Source of the DNA: the human T2T-CHM13v2.0 reference genome, Homo sapiens
Direction: 5' to 3' (one strand)
DNA: 64,000 nucleotides
NCBI RefSeq assembly: GCF_009914755.1
Contig: NC_060925.1
Below, in pieces: positions 28,723-51,490 of the stretch. Each line of letters begins with the position of its first letter. Position 1 is the first letter of the stretch. The position numbers and the translations under genes are program-made. The notes beneath the pieces were generated by a model. The model searched no databases. It saw only the letters and a program-made list of their open reading frames with translations, and was not told where the DNA came from.

Positions 28723-29549
28723 CTGTTTTTTTCTAATAGGCTTCCTTATTCATTTCTCACAATGGCTTTTCCAAACCTTCTCCTCAAGGATCCAAACCCA
28801 TCCTTGCTTCCTCAAAGATCCAAAACCACCCTTCCTATTTACGAAGGTGGTCTCCTGTCTTAGGTGACAAGAAAATGTACCTTCTTGCCCTCGTATCTAC
28901 ATGCTCACCTATACCCTCACCCGACTTTTCCCTCCTCCTCACCCCATCAAAGGCAATAATGCACCTGTTTTTATTCATCTGGGCCTTTGGTCTTCCCCTT
29001 CATATTTCCCGAGACCTCGCTTTCTTCTTTCTCTTGTATTTTTTATTTTTCTATCTCTTATGTGTCCTTCTCTAAAAGTTATAAACATGCACAAAATCTT
29101 TCCATCTCAAAATATAATACCCTTTACCTGGTGTCCCCTGCAGGCCATCTTCTTTATTTATTTACTTTTGCGCCAGCGTCTTCCTCTGAAGCCCAGGCTG
29201 GGTGCGTAGCGCGATCATGGCTCACTGCAGCCTCGGACTCCCGGGCTCAAGCGATCCTCCTGCTTGGAGGATCAGATTTTTTATCCTTGCAGAAGTGATA
29301 ATATGGCTTCTTCCTCATCTCCTAAACACCAGTCATCTGACATACACTGCAGATCTAAAATGGGCCTACGTGTTCTGCCCTTCCTTGCCTACCTGTTGAG
29401 CTTGCACCGCTTCTGTGAGTCTCCCCCCACCCACAAGAGATCCTTCTTCCTTCGCGCTCCACTAACCCGACATAAATGTTTATCATATAAAGTTTTCCGT
29501 TGCACTCTTGTGTTTATGTCTCCTGGCTTCTTCACCAAGCTGTGTGACA

Positions 29550-30200
29550 GCTGGGCCCTGTCGCCTCCTTCCTCGTATATGCAGCGACTATCGCAGAGCC
29601 GCTTAATCTTTGTTGAAGGCAGCTGCGGTTCAGCCCTGAGGGCCACGGGACGGACGCCACTCATTCAGCCCTACCGGGGGCGCTGTGGCAGCCGGCATTG
29701 GTTGCCGTGCCCTCCGCTTGTCTCGCTCAGCTCTCGAGCCACACGCCCTGGGCTCCGCCCACTCCCTGACAACATCCCTCCTGCCCATTGGGCGAGCATG
29801 GACGGGGCTGTCCAATGGAGCGAGGCGTTGGTGCGAGGAGGCGCCGCCATCTTGGGGCTGCTGGGACTCGCGTCGGTTGGCGACTCCCGGACGTAGGTAG
29901 TTTGTTGGGCCGGGTTCTGAGGCCTTGCTTCTCTTTACTTTTCCACTCTAGGCCACGATGCCGCAGTACCAGACCTGGGAGGAGTTCAGCCGCGCTGCCG
30001 AGAAGCTTTACCTCGCTGACCCTATGAAGGTAAATCGCTGGCGGGGCCGCTGCTTTGGGCCCCAGCCCAGGATGTCTTCCCGCCATCCACTCGGCCCCTG
30101 GAGCTTCCCCAGCGCTCCCAGGAGGTGCTGGGAATGAACACAAATGGACCCTGCCAAGTTAATGTTCTGCTCTCTCGTCCCCTTCTTCCCTGATCTAGCG
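29550..30200 (+). promoter_or_regulatory. SRP9: SRP9 CpG-island promoter and 5' UTR
   Basis: Sharp rise in CpG density; CCAAT boxes (ATTGG ~29697 and ~29787, CCAAT 29812-29816); GC box CTCCGCCC ~29753-29760; YY1 consensus GCCGCCATCTTG 29843-29854; no TATA box. Confidence 0.9.
29958..30029 (+). CDS. SRP9: Signal recognition particle 9 kDa protein, coding exon 1 ([24 protein letters not shown])
   Basis: Translation matches the SRP9 N-terminus; GCCACGATG start context; donor AAG|GTAAAT at 30029/30030, phase 0. Confidence 0.98.
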
Positions 30201-31108
30201 GCCCAGTGAGGCCCTGAAGCTGGCAACAGCCAGGTTCATCTCAGCCCTAAACATTTCTGCAATCGATCTTCCCGCCCCAGTCCCTCAGCTTCCTTTATGG
30301 CTTCGGTTGTTTTACGAGTCCCTGAAGCCAGGGCTCCTCCCCCTGCAGCTTCCTGTCCTTTGTCTTGGTTCACTTTTCCTGTACCGCCTAGGCGGTAAGG
30401 GTACCTCATGTATATAAAACTGATGATGTTTTTTCTACTACCGCTCAGACATTCTTGAAAGATTCCAATTTGGAAGCATCTGTACCCCCCAGAATATTGG
30501 TTCTTAGTATTTTGGGAGTCACAGGCTTTGGGACCATAAGAATAATATTTGCACCTTTCCTCAGAAAAATGGTATAAGTAAATGTATAAGTAAATGTTTG
30601 CAAACAATTTTAAGGGATTCATGGACCTCTGAAATACATTCTTAGCCCCCACAAAAATTATAATGGAGGTGGATGTCAGAGGTTAGCTCATTATTAAAAA
30701 GCAAAGGAGTCCAAGTGATGGGAGTTTAGCATTCGGGTCTTACTTTTCGTCTCTTGAGGTTTTGGTTATTTTATTGTCATGTCTAAGAATTATTTGAAGC
30801 ATCTTCGTGTTAATTAAAAGTTCTGCTTCTTTTTAGAACTCAGCATATTGAAGGGATTTTATACTGAAAACCTCAGACCTGGTTATGTATGATGCTTCTT
30901 TTGTTTTGTGTTTGTTGTAACTCAGTTATCTCTTTTATGCTGCATTCATTTCCCACTCTCGTGTTACTGACCCCAAGTTAAATTAGGTTCTGTGGGAGAC
31001 ACAAAGGTGAATGAGATTCCGTTCAACCCTTAAGGAGCTGGTATTATTGGAGGGTATTATAGATCCAGTGTATTGTGACTGTATCCCTCGGAGAAGAAAG
31101 AAAATTAA

Positions 31109-34462
<3,354 letters not shown>

Positions 34463-35300
34463 GATACTTAGCAGTTTTTAAAACAGCTAGCTAAACAAGA
34501 GTTACTGATACTGGTTAGGGAAAAACTGCGATACACTGTGCTTGAATCCATCACTGAAAAAAAATAATGTTCGTGGAAGTATTCTTGGGAGATGTCTTAT
34601 AGGAATATGCTAATATCTAAATGCCTTGGCAATCTGTAGAATATTGAACATAAAGTATTGTGTAACATGGAACTTCAGTATAGGAGTTATTCTGGTTTTT
34701 GGAAAAGTTGTTGGTGGAGACTTCAAGGCAGAATTCTGCTTTTATGTAATAATGCGTTATGTTCTACCTTCGTGATAAAGACCTGATTTTGCTGAATATT
34801 TTAGTCTGAATCTGCTTGCTAAGATTTGTGGAAAAATGGAAAGTGTGAGTTGCACTGACCTGCAGCACTGTTTGCTAATGAATGGATTTGGACTTTTTAA
34901 CTAGCCATTTCTGCTAAATGTTTTCCTCCCTTTCCTGTCATTCCTCTGTGGCTAGGTGTGTTGGTGTATATTCTTATTGGCAAGAAATGCCACCTTATAA
35001 GTCTCACAGACATTCCCTGAATGTGGATGTGTTTTGAGAATGTTCAGTACATCTCTTCAAACTGGCTGCAAATAAAATATCCAACTTTTTAAAAGTCTTA
35101 AATAAATGGTAGCAAAGGAATGAACTAAAATAGCTGATTTTTTTTTTAACTTCATTTCGGTTTAGTTTATAGTAAAAATGCCTTTAGATGTTTGGGGGTA
35201 TTTATTCTAAAAGGATCCTTTTCAGCCTACCTGAAGACTAAATTATTTATAAGAAATGTCATTTGTCTTCACTGTTTCTAAATATGTATTTTTGTTTCAG

Positions 35301-35369
35301 GCACGTGTGGTTCTCAAATATAGGCATTCTGATGGGAACTTGTGTGTTAAAGTAACAGATGATTTAGTT
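35301..35369 (+). CDS. SRP9: SRP9 coding exon 2 ([23 protein letters not shown])
   Basis: Acceptor TTTTTGTTTCAG| and donor |GTAAGT; 69 nt, in frame with exon 1; matches SRP9. Confidence 0.98.
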
Positions 35370-36093
35370 GTAAGTATACATTTTTATTTGTTACATACTT
35401 TCAGATTTGTTTGAGTTAATTATTTGTTTGAAATTATTTACTTAGAGTTTATGGAGATTACCCATTAGGATGCTTATTTTGCATTTCATTTAAAGATGAA
35501 GAACCTCATTCTAGCAGCTACTTTTATAGACCCTCAGGAAATTATTTAACCTGCTTTCTTAATGCATTATGTCAAGTGTCTTTAATAAGTGCTGTCTTCA
35601 GACCTTAAGCAACAGAAATGTAGAGACCAAATTGGATGTAAGGGAGTAAAAGTTTCCTTTAAATGACAGTGTTTGAACACAACTTACAGGCTTTATTGTA
35701 TTTCCTGTCTTTGATATGCTCATTCTTGTTATTTCCTCATATCCCATTCATTCCTTAACCCTCTGCCATTTGTTTTCTGCATATGGTACTCCAGCGAAAC
35801 TGCTCTTTGTGAGAGCACATCAGCAGCTCCTTTCTTTTCAAACCCAGTGGTCTTATTATTCATATGTTATTTGACCTCCTTGCTGCTTTTGATACAGAAG
35901 CCCACTCTTTCATAGAAATAATTATTTTGGCACTTGTGGTTCTGTTTTATCTTGGCCTTACTATTCTGTGTTTCTGTTGTTTCATTCTTCTTTGCTGATT
36001 GTTTTTTTTTTGATGTGCCCCATATATATGTGCTTCTCTAGGATTCTGTCCTTGATTGTCTTTTCATAACAGCTTCTGGAGCAGTTCATTTAA

Positions 36094-40711
<4,618 letters not shown>

Positions 40712-41237
40712 AAGAAAATCAAGATTTACCTGGTTTATGTGTTGACCAGCTATACACAGAGAATTCTAGATTTTTTTCTAAAAATTATTATCAAACCCCC
40801 AATTTCACCAGTAGAAAAAGAGATCTTAAGATTTCTGTGTTTTTTTTTCCAGCATAACTCAGTTACTTATGGCTGGGAGAAAATATGTAGGGAGATAATC
40901 TAATACCTAATTCGAAGGAAGAAAATATCTAATTCTAAGTCTTGAGTTCTTCTCATCAGACCATAGCAGGATTTAACATTTAACATTTTTCAGAAGCTTC
41001 TAATAGACTTCATTCAGTTTTTTGTCCACAGCAGTGGCATTTAAATTACTGTACTTTAAGACATGGAATTGCTGGAGGCTTGGAAACTTGAGTGCAATTT
41101 CCCTAGTACGACCTCCAAGGAGAATAGAGCAAAACAGTGGTAGGAAAAACTCTCAAAATTTTACCCAATTGTATGTTTTCTACATTGTCAGTATCTAGTT
41201 TTATATAGTTAATATGTACTTCTAAAATTTCTGACAG

Positions 41238-41357
41238 TGTTTGGTGTATAAAACAGACCAAGCTCAAGATGTAAAGAAGATTGAGAAATTCCACAGTCAA
41301 CTAATGCGACTTATGGTAGCCAAGGAAGCCCGCAATGTTACCATGGAAACTGAGTGA
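41238..41357 (+). CDS. SRP9: SRP9 coding exon 3 ([39 protein letters not shown])
   Basis: Acceptor TTTCTGACAG|; the three exons total 24+23+39 = 86 aa, the SRP9 length; TGA at 41355-41357. Confidence 0.98.
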   Translation, partial: CLVYKTDQAQDVKKIEKFHSQLMRLMVAKEARNVTMETE

Positions 41358-41785
41358 ATGGTTTGAAATGAAGACTTTGTCGTGTACTTAGGAAGTAAAT
41401 ATCTTTTGAATTAGAGAAAGTGTTGGGACAGAAAGTACTTTATGTAACTAAGTGGGCTGTTCAGAAGCTTAGAGGTCATTTTTTGTAATTTTCTTTTTAA
41501 TTACTTTAGAGAGCTAGGGATGCAAATGTTTTCAGTTAGAAAGCCTTTATTTACTTTTGGAAATTGAACAAGAAATGCATCTGTCTTAGAAACTGGAGAT
41601 TATTTGATGTTAGGTAAAACATGTAATTGTTTCTCTGGCAAATTTGTATCAGTAATTTGAAAATGAGATATTAGGAAAAACCAATTCTTCTTAAATTTAG
41701 TTCATCTTTCTTTAAAAGAACATTAAATGTAACCATTTTGTCAGATCCATGTATTTTGGAGCATAAAATGTATGCTGTTGTGACC

Positions 41786-41791
41786 AATAAA
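41786..41791 (+). terminator. SRP9: Proximal poly(A) signal AATAAA
   Basis: AATAAA with upstream TGTA motifs. Confidence 0.55.
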
Positions 41792-42441
41792 TATAAAATA
41801 TGGTAATTGGAATTAACTCCACACCATAGTATGCATTGTTATACATACTGTGTACCTAATTATGTATAGCAGTGTAGTCTCAATTATATCTGAAAGTAAT
41901 TGTGACTAACAAGTATGCTTTGCCTTATTTCCACATTTAAACTACCTGTTAATATAAGGGATTTGTAGTATCAGCTTGTTGAGCAATGACTTTGAATCTA
42001 GTTTTCAGTGATCAGAAGCAGCAGTTATTTGAGTGTATGAATGGAATGATGATCACTGTGCTATAATGTACTGAAACCACCATATTACAGAAATATTTAC
42101 TACATATTTTCCATCTGTAGTTTCTCAGAAGGGCTATGGATTAGTTTGAACTGTCAAATCCTTGCATACTTCTGTGACACCCCTGCCCATTTTCTGTCTT
42201 TAATTAACCAAGGTGTTAGGTGTGACTGTCACAACTGTTATGTTTTCCAGTAAACTAGAAGTATGATATTTGATAATTATATTTGTATTTCACCACCTAA
42301 ATGTAATGTTGATTCCTCAAGAATGAAATGAAGGCACTACATTGAAATATGTTTTGTATAAATTTGTCATGTTGAACAGCATTTTAGCATGGTAAGTTCC
42401 CTTAGCTATATGAATTTTGGCATGTTTCAGAGAGATCAGTA

Positions 42442-42447
42442 AATAAA
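42442..42447 (+). terminator. SRP9: Distal poly(A) signal AATAAA
   Basis: AATAAA followed about 20-30 nt later by the GU-rich TTGTTTGTGTTG. Confidence 0.8.
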
Positions 42448-43014
42448 ATATTAGATAAAATATATATTGTTTGTGTTGAAGTTTTTAACTTTTCAGAAAT
42501 TGTTGATTTCTGAGCTGGGATATACTATATTCATTTAGTCCAAAATGAGCCTAGTAATGCTGAAAGCAAATTTTTTGTTTCTCAGTACTTTATATTATAT
42601 GACTTTCTCTGCACTATATGTTAATAGCAAGTTTGTTTTCTTGAATTAGAAAAGTAACATCAAATAGTATAGGATTATTTTGGCTTTTTGGTTTTTTTTT
42701 CCCCCAGAATTAATGGGATCACCGTCAGGGGAGGGGAGAGGCTTGACCTTTTTCCCCCTTATTTAACACTACAGAGATGACCTGAAAAGGAGAGACTGGC
42801 ATTTGGGTTCTTTGAGTCCTGGTAGCGTGTAACAGAGTGGTTAAGAACAGACATTCCAAGTCAGACTGCCTGGCTTTAAATCCTGGCTCCACTATTTCCT
42901 AACTCTGTGGTCTTAGACTAGATACTTTTCTAAGCCTTCATTTTCATCTCTGGAAATGGGGCCAACAATAGTACTTTGCTTGTAAGACTGTTAAGATTAA
43001 ACATCATGATCCAA

Positions 43015-43169
43015 GGCTGGGCACAGTGGCTCATGCCTGTAATCCCAGCACTTTGCGAGGCTGAGGTGGGCGGTTCATTTGAGCCCAGGAGTTTGAAACC
43101 AGCCTGGCCAACAAGGTGAAACCCCATCTCTGCTACAAATACAAAAATGAGCTGGACACAGTGGCACAC
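43015..43169 (+). mobile_element. Left part of the Alu split by proviral integration (resumes at ~53388-53408)
   Basis: The Alu left arm and linker end at GTGGCACAC; after the far LTR the sequence resumes GCGCACGCCTGTTGATCCCAG. Confidence 0.85.
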
Positions 43170-46304
<3,135 letters not shown>

Positions 46305-46329
46305 CACTCATACCGGGATTTTTGGCTCT

Positions 46330-49300
46330 TCCCAGAGTCCTCTCTTCCTGCTGTAGTTCATGATATATCTTCAGATGTTTGGTGGGCACGCATACAGGCA
46401 CATGATTGTCACCTGGAGAGACACAAGCAAATCCTCTTCCCCATGTAATTATCCGCCCTTTGAGTAGTTAAAGGGCCAGGGAGGTTAGTATGTGCTTTTA
46501 TATGAGTAATATAAAAAGGGGGAATGTCTTTGTTGTACTGCTTGCTGTAAAGAATGAAATAAAAGATTAAGTTGGTCATTAGTCACATTTTGAATTAAGG
46601 CACATTCAATATTTTGTGTGGCTTGCACTACATAGGCTGAATCAGAAACAATGTTTACTGGCTGTTTAAAAGTTTTTAGTACTGTAATTACAGCCGTAAG
46701 TTCAGCCCTTTGAGCAGAAGCAAAGTCAGTTTGAAAAACTTGCTGTTGAGGTCCCACAAATGAGACTTTTCCATTGTTAGATCCATCAGTAAAAACAGTG
46801 ATGGCCCCCTTCAATAGGAGCTTTTTGAGTAATGGAAGGCAATATCCATGATGTTAATTTAAGAAGTTGGAATATTTTGGATTTAGGATAATGTATCAAG
46901 AATGCCAATAAAACCTGTCAAATTACTTGCCATTCCTGGGAATTAATACAAGCTTACTGAATTTGTTGCTTGTTTAATGGAACTATAATTTGATTTGGAT
47001 CATATCCCATTAACTTTGTTGTGCGCAGCCTTCCTTGTCCTACTAGTACAGCAATTTGATCTAAGTATAGAGTGAGCGTTTAGTTGTATTGTGAGGTAGA
47101 AAAAGCCACTCAACCAGATAATTCTGTTGAACAGTAACTCCTGTAGGTGAATGTTTAGTAGGAAAAACTAAAAACTAATGGCTGCATAGGGTCAATTCGA
47201 GTCACTTGTGCCTGTTGAATTTTTTTCTTCAATTAATTGAAGTCCCTCTAATGCCTCTTTGGACAGGAAGCATTTACTGTTTAAGTTAGAATTACCTCGT
47301 AAGGTAGAAAAGAGGTAAGACATAGCAAAAGTAGGAATGCCTAAAGTGGGATGAATCCAGTTAATGCCTCCTAACAATTTTTGAAAATCATTTAGTTTTT
47401 TTTTTTTCCTGAGGAATAGAAGATTAGTTTAATATGTGACCATCATTGATAATGAACAACAATAACAGAATAAGGAAGAAAATCTCATGATTACCTCAAT
47501 AAGTACAGAGAAATCTGGTCACACTCACTATCCATTCATGATTACAACTCTTCAATACTATCACTGCAAACATCATACTTTTTTTTTTTTTTTTTTTTTT
47601 AGTGTTTATTGATCATTCTTGGGTGTTTCTCAGAGAGGGGCATGTGGCAGGGTCATAGGATAATAGTGGAGAGAAGGTCAGCAGATAAACACCTGAACAA
47701 AGGTCTCTGGTTTTCCTAGGCAGAGGTCCCTGCGGCCTTCCGTAGTGTTTGTGTCCCTGGGTACTTGAGATTAGGGAGTGGCGATGACTCTTAACGAGCA
47801 TGCTGCCTTCAAGCATCTGTTTAACAAAGCACATCTTGCACCGCCCTTAATCCATTTAACCCTGAGTGGACACAGCACATGTTTCAGAGAGCATGGGATT
47901 GGGGGTAAGGTTATAGATTAACAGCATCCCAAGGCAGAAGAATTTTTCTTAGTACAGAACAAAATGGAATCTCCTATGTCTAGTTCTTTCTACACAGACA
48001 CAATAACAATCTGATCTCTCTTTCTTTTCCCCACATTTCCCCCTTTTCTTTCTGACAAAACCGCCATCGTCATCATGGCCCGTTCTCGATGGTCGCTGTC
48101 TTTTTGGAGCTGTTGGGTACACCTGCAGAAAGGCTGTCACTTCACACTTGGAAGATTGCACAGCGGCCAGGCAGAGGCGCTCCTCACTTCCCAGATGGGG
48201 CGGCTGGGCAGAGGCGCTCCTCACTTCCCAGACGGAGTGGTCAGGCAGAGGTGCTCCTCACATCCCAAACAGGGCGGCCGGGCAGAGGCGCTCCTCACAT
48301 CCCAGACGGGGCGGCTGGGCAGAGGCGCTCCTCACTTCCCAGACGGGGCAGCCGGGCAGAGGCGCTCCTCACATCCCAGACGATGGGCAGCCAGGCAGAG
48401 ATGCTCCTCACTTCCTAGACGGGGTGGCAAACGGGCAGAGGCTGTAATCTTAGCACTTTGGGAGGCAAAGGCAGGTGGCTGGGAGGTGGAGGTTGTAGCG
48501 AGCCGAGATCAAGCCACTGCACTCCAGCCTGGGCAACACTGAGCATTGAGTGAGCGAGACTCCGTCTGCAATCCCAGCACCTCGGGAGGCCGAGGCAGGC
48601 AGATCACTCAAGGTCAGGAGCTGGAGACCAGCCCGGCCAACATGGCAAAACCCTGTCTCCACCAAAAATACAAAAACCAGTCGGGCATGGCGGTGCGTGC
48701 CTGCAATCCCAGGCACTCAGCAGGCCGAGGCAGGAGAATCACGGGAGCCCGAGGCAAGGAGGTTGCAGCGAGCCGAGATCATGGCAGTACAGTCCAGCCT
48801 CGGCAACAGAGGGAGACCGTCGAAAGAGAGAGAGGGAGGGAGGAAGGAAGGAAGGGAGGGAGGGAGGGAGGGAGGGAAGGAAAGGAAGGCAGGCCGGCCA
48901 TTTAGAGTTTTTAAATCATCTCTTCTAATTTGAACCTTTTGAAGCTTAATAGTACTTTATTCTGCTTTCATTCCTAAATACTGAAAGGGAGTAGAAGTTT
49001 GGATTTTATCAGGGCTATGATTGATTAATCCCGCTGCAGTCACAGCCTTTTCCAGTTGTTTGTAGCATAGCATTAATTCCTCTTTAGTTTCAGCTGCAAA
49101 TAAAATTATCCATGTAATGGATAATATAACATTTGTAAAATTGTTCTTTAATTGGCTTCATAACTTTTCCGATATAAGTTTGACAAATAGTCGGGCTATT
49201 TAACATGCCTTGTGGCAGTACTTTCCAATGGTATCTGTCCACTGGTTCTTTGTTATTTATAGAAGGAACAGTAAAAGCAAATTTTTCATAATCTTGGGTA

Positions 49301-49665
49301 GCTAAAGGAATGGTAAAGAAGCAATCTTTTAAATCTATCACTATGAGAGGCCAGTATTTTGGGATCATTTTTGGAGAAGGCAGCCTGGTTGCAGTGCACC
49401 AGTGGGTTGAATTACAGCATTAACAGCCCTCAAATCTGTTAACATTCTCCATTTTCCTGATTTTTTCTTAATAACAAACACAGGAGAATTCCAAGGAGAG
49501 AAGGTAGACTCTATGTGTCCCTTTTGCAATTGTTTCCGTACTGATTCTTTTAAAGCCTCCAGTTTTTCCTTCTTCAGTGGCCATTGCTCTACCCAAACCA
49601 GTCTGGCAGTTAACCAAACAAGAGGAATGGGAGCAGGAGGCTCAGCAATGGCCACTCCTAAAAAT
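46330..49665 (-). pseudogene. pol remnant: RT, RNase H and integrase C-terminus only, split by the SVA
   Basis: RT motifs [46 protein letters not shown]; RNase [22 protein letters not shown]; integrase tail [13 protein letters not shown]. Confidence 0.92.
47396..48898 (-). mobile_element. SVA retrotransposon (SVA_A-like) with a 3' transduced segment
   Basis: On -: degenerate CT-rich head (~48823-48890), Alu-like domain (~48440-48820), short GC-rich VNTR (~48165-48440), SINE-R (~47601-48130), AATAAA (47605-47610), poly(A) (47579-47600), an extra 171 bp and a second poly(A) (47396-47407). TSD CATTTAG(AG)TTTTT at 47389 and 48899. Confidence 0.93.
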
Positions 49666-50590
49666 GATACCCTAATCCAGTTCGATCTGTTTGTCCTTTT
49701 AGTTCTAAAGGTTCTGATTGGCCATTTGCATTTTTTCCTAGTCCCTTCCCCAGGAGATTTCCCCTTTTTCTCATCATTTGTTTTATTTACTGTTATTACT
49801 ATACTGGTCCATAGGAATAGATATTTCAGCACCCCATTGTTGCAATAAGTCTCTACCCTGTAGATTGGCAGGAATAGGTATAATAATAGGTTGAATTGTC
49901 CCTTCTTGGCCATCCAGCCCTTGGCATGGCAAAATTAAAGAACTTTGAAAACTTCTGAGGCAGCTCCTACCCCAATAATACCAATGGATGCCTTTTGTTT
50001 TGGCCAATGCCGGGGCCATTGATTTAAACCAATAATAGAAACATCAGCTCCAGTATCTTCTAACCCTTCAAAATCCTTTCCTTGAATACTTACTATACAA
50101 ATAGGTCTTTTGTCAGACACTTGATTAACCCAATATACAGGTTTTTCCTGCTGGATTCGTACTACCAAAGCCTCTTATTCTTTTTAGTGTGCTGCTTCCC
50201 AGTTTTGTATAAGGTAACAGCAACAACTGAGAAATTCTTTCTCCTGGGGAAGCAGACCATGGAATTGAGGAACTAATAACTAATTGAATCTCTCTGGTAT
50301 AATCAGAATCAATTATTCCTGTATGTACAGTGACACCTCTTAAATTTAAACTAGACCTTCCAAGCAATAGACCAACTGTTCCTGAGGGTAAAGGGCCCCT
50401 AACTCCTATGGGGACCTTTGGTGGCTCCCCAGGAGGTAAGGAAATGGGAACCGTGCTGCAAAGATCTACGGCAGCACTGCCTGTTGTGGCAGGGGGACAA
50501 TTGTTGTACTTTTATAAGGGCACTGGCTGTGCCGGATATGCCTCGGTTTGTTGAGGGGCCTGAGGCAGGCCCCTCTTCCTGTTTCCCGAA
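49660..50590 (-). pseudogene. pro remnant: dUTPase plus aspartic protease
   Basis: dUTPase motifs GSAAVDL, GRSSLN, GIIDSDY, RISQL, GFGST; protease DTGADVSII and GRDLLQQWG; frameshifted. Confidence 0.9.
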
Positions 50591-51159
50591 AGAGGTTACC
50601 CATCTTTGCTAAATTTAGAATGACACTGATTTGCCCAGTGATTGCCTTTCTTACACTGGGAGCATCCACTGGGACTTTTCTGTTGACTGATGGTAATAGT
50701 TTTTGCCTTTTGATTTCCTTTTCTACATTCCTTTTTTGTGTGTCCAAATTGCTCACAATTAAAATAAGACCCTGAGAAATGGGGCATATTTTTTCCCACC
50801 TTTAATTCGGCCGTAGCTTGAGCTAAAAGAGTAGCCTTACATAAATTACCCCCAATGCCATCACGTAAATTACCCCCAATGCCATCACAAGCCTTAATAT
50901 ATTCAGCCAAATGAGCCTTCCCTCTCATAGGTCTAATGAAAGAAGGATATTTTTTCCCTGTAACATTTATTTTTTTCCATGCCCGTAAGCATACAGTGCA
51001 TAACTGAACAATGGCAATATTTTTCATTACTGCTTGATTGTCTATCTAATCAGCCTCAATTAGGGCCCAACCCCATTAACTGCTCAAAGGAAACAGGCAC
51101 AGGAGGCTGTGCTTGTGTGTTTTCCCTTGCCTGAGTTTGAGCTTCATCAACCCACCAAG

Positions 51160-51195
<36 letters not shown>

Positions 51196-51490
51196 GACGG
51201 AGTATCGCTCTGTCTCCCAGGCTGGAGTGCAGTGGCGCAATCTCGGCTCACTGCAAGCTCCGGCTCACTGCAAACTCCACCTCCCCGGTTCATGCCATTC
51301 TCCTGCCTCAGCCTCCCGAGTAGCTGGGACTACAGGCGCCCGCCACCACGCCCGGCTAATTTTTGTATTTTTAGTAGAGACAGGGTTTCACCTTATTAGC
51401 CAGGATGGTCTTGATCTCCTGACCTCGTGATCCGCCCACCTCGGCCTCCCAAAGTGTTGGGATTACAGGCATGAGCCACCGCACCCGGCC
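51160..51490 (-). mobile_element. AluY-like insertion in gag CA with a (TTG)n-expanded tail and a short internal tandem duplication
   Basis: TSD TCA(A/G)CCCACCAAGTT; CGGCTCACTGCAA occurs twice in tandem near 51244-51273. Confidence 0.9.

Larger units (their letters stand above)
41358..42470 (+). other. SRP9: SRP9 3' UTR (AU-rich, no recognisable repeats)
   Basis: Runs from the stop codon to the distal AATAAA; the end is inferred from the signal and a downstream GU-rich tract. Confidence 0.8.

Noticed and set aside
29264-29896. 210-aa ORF upstream of SRP9
   Set aside because: Non-ATG start, no recognisable domain, and it runs through the GC-rich promoter where stops are scarce
48165-48440. 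Regularly spaced ~35-40 bp repeats resembling a CRISPR array
   Set aside because: This is the SVA VNTR: tandem degenerate units with no unique spacers and no cas genes, in eukaryotic DNA
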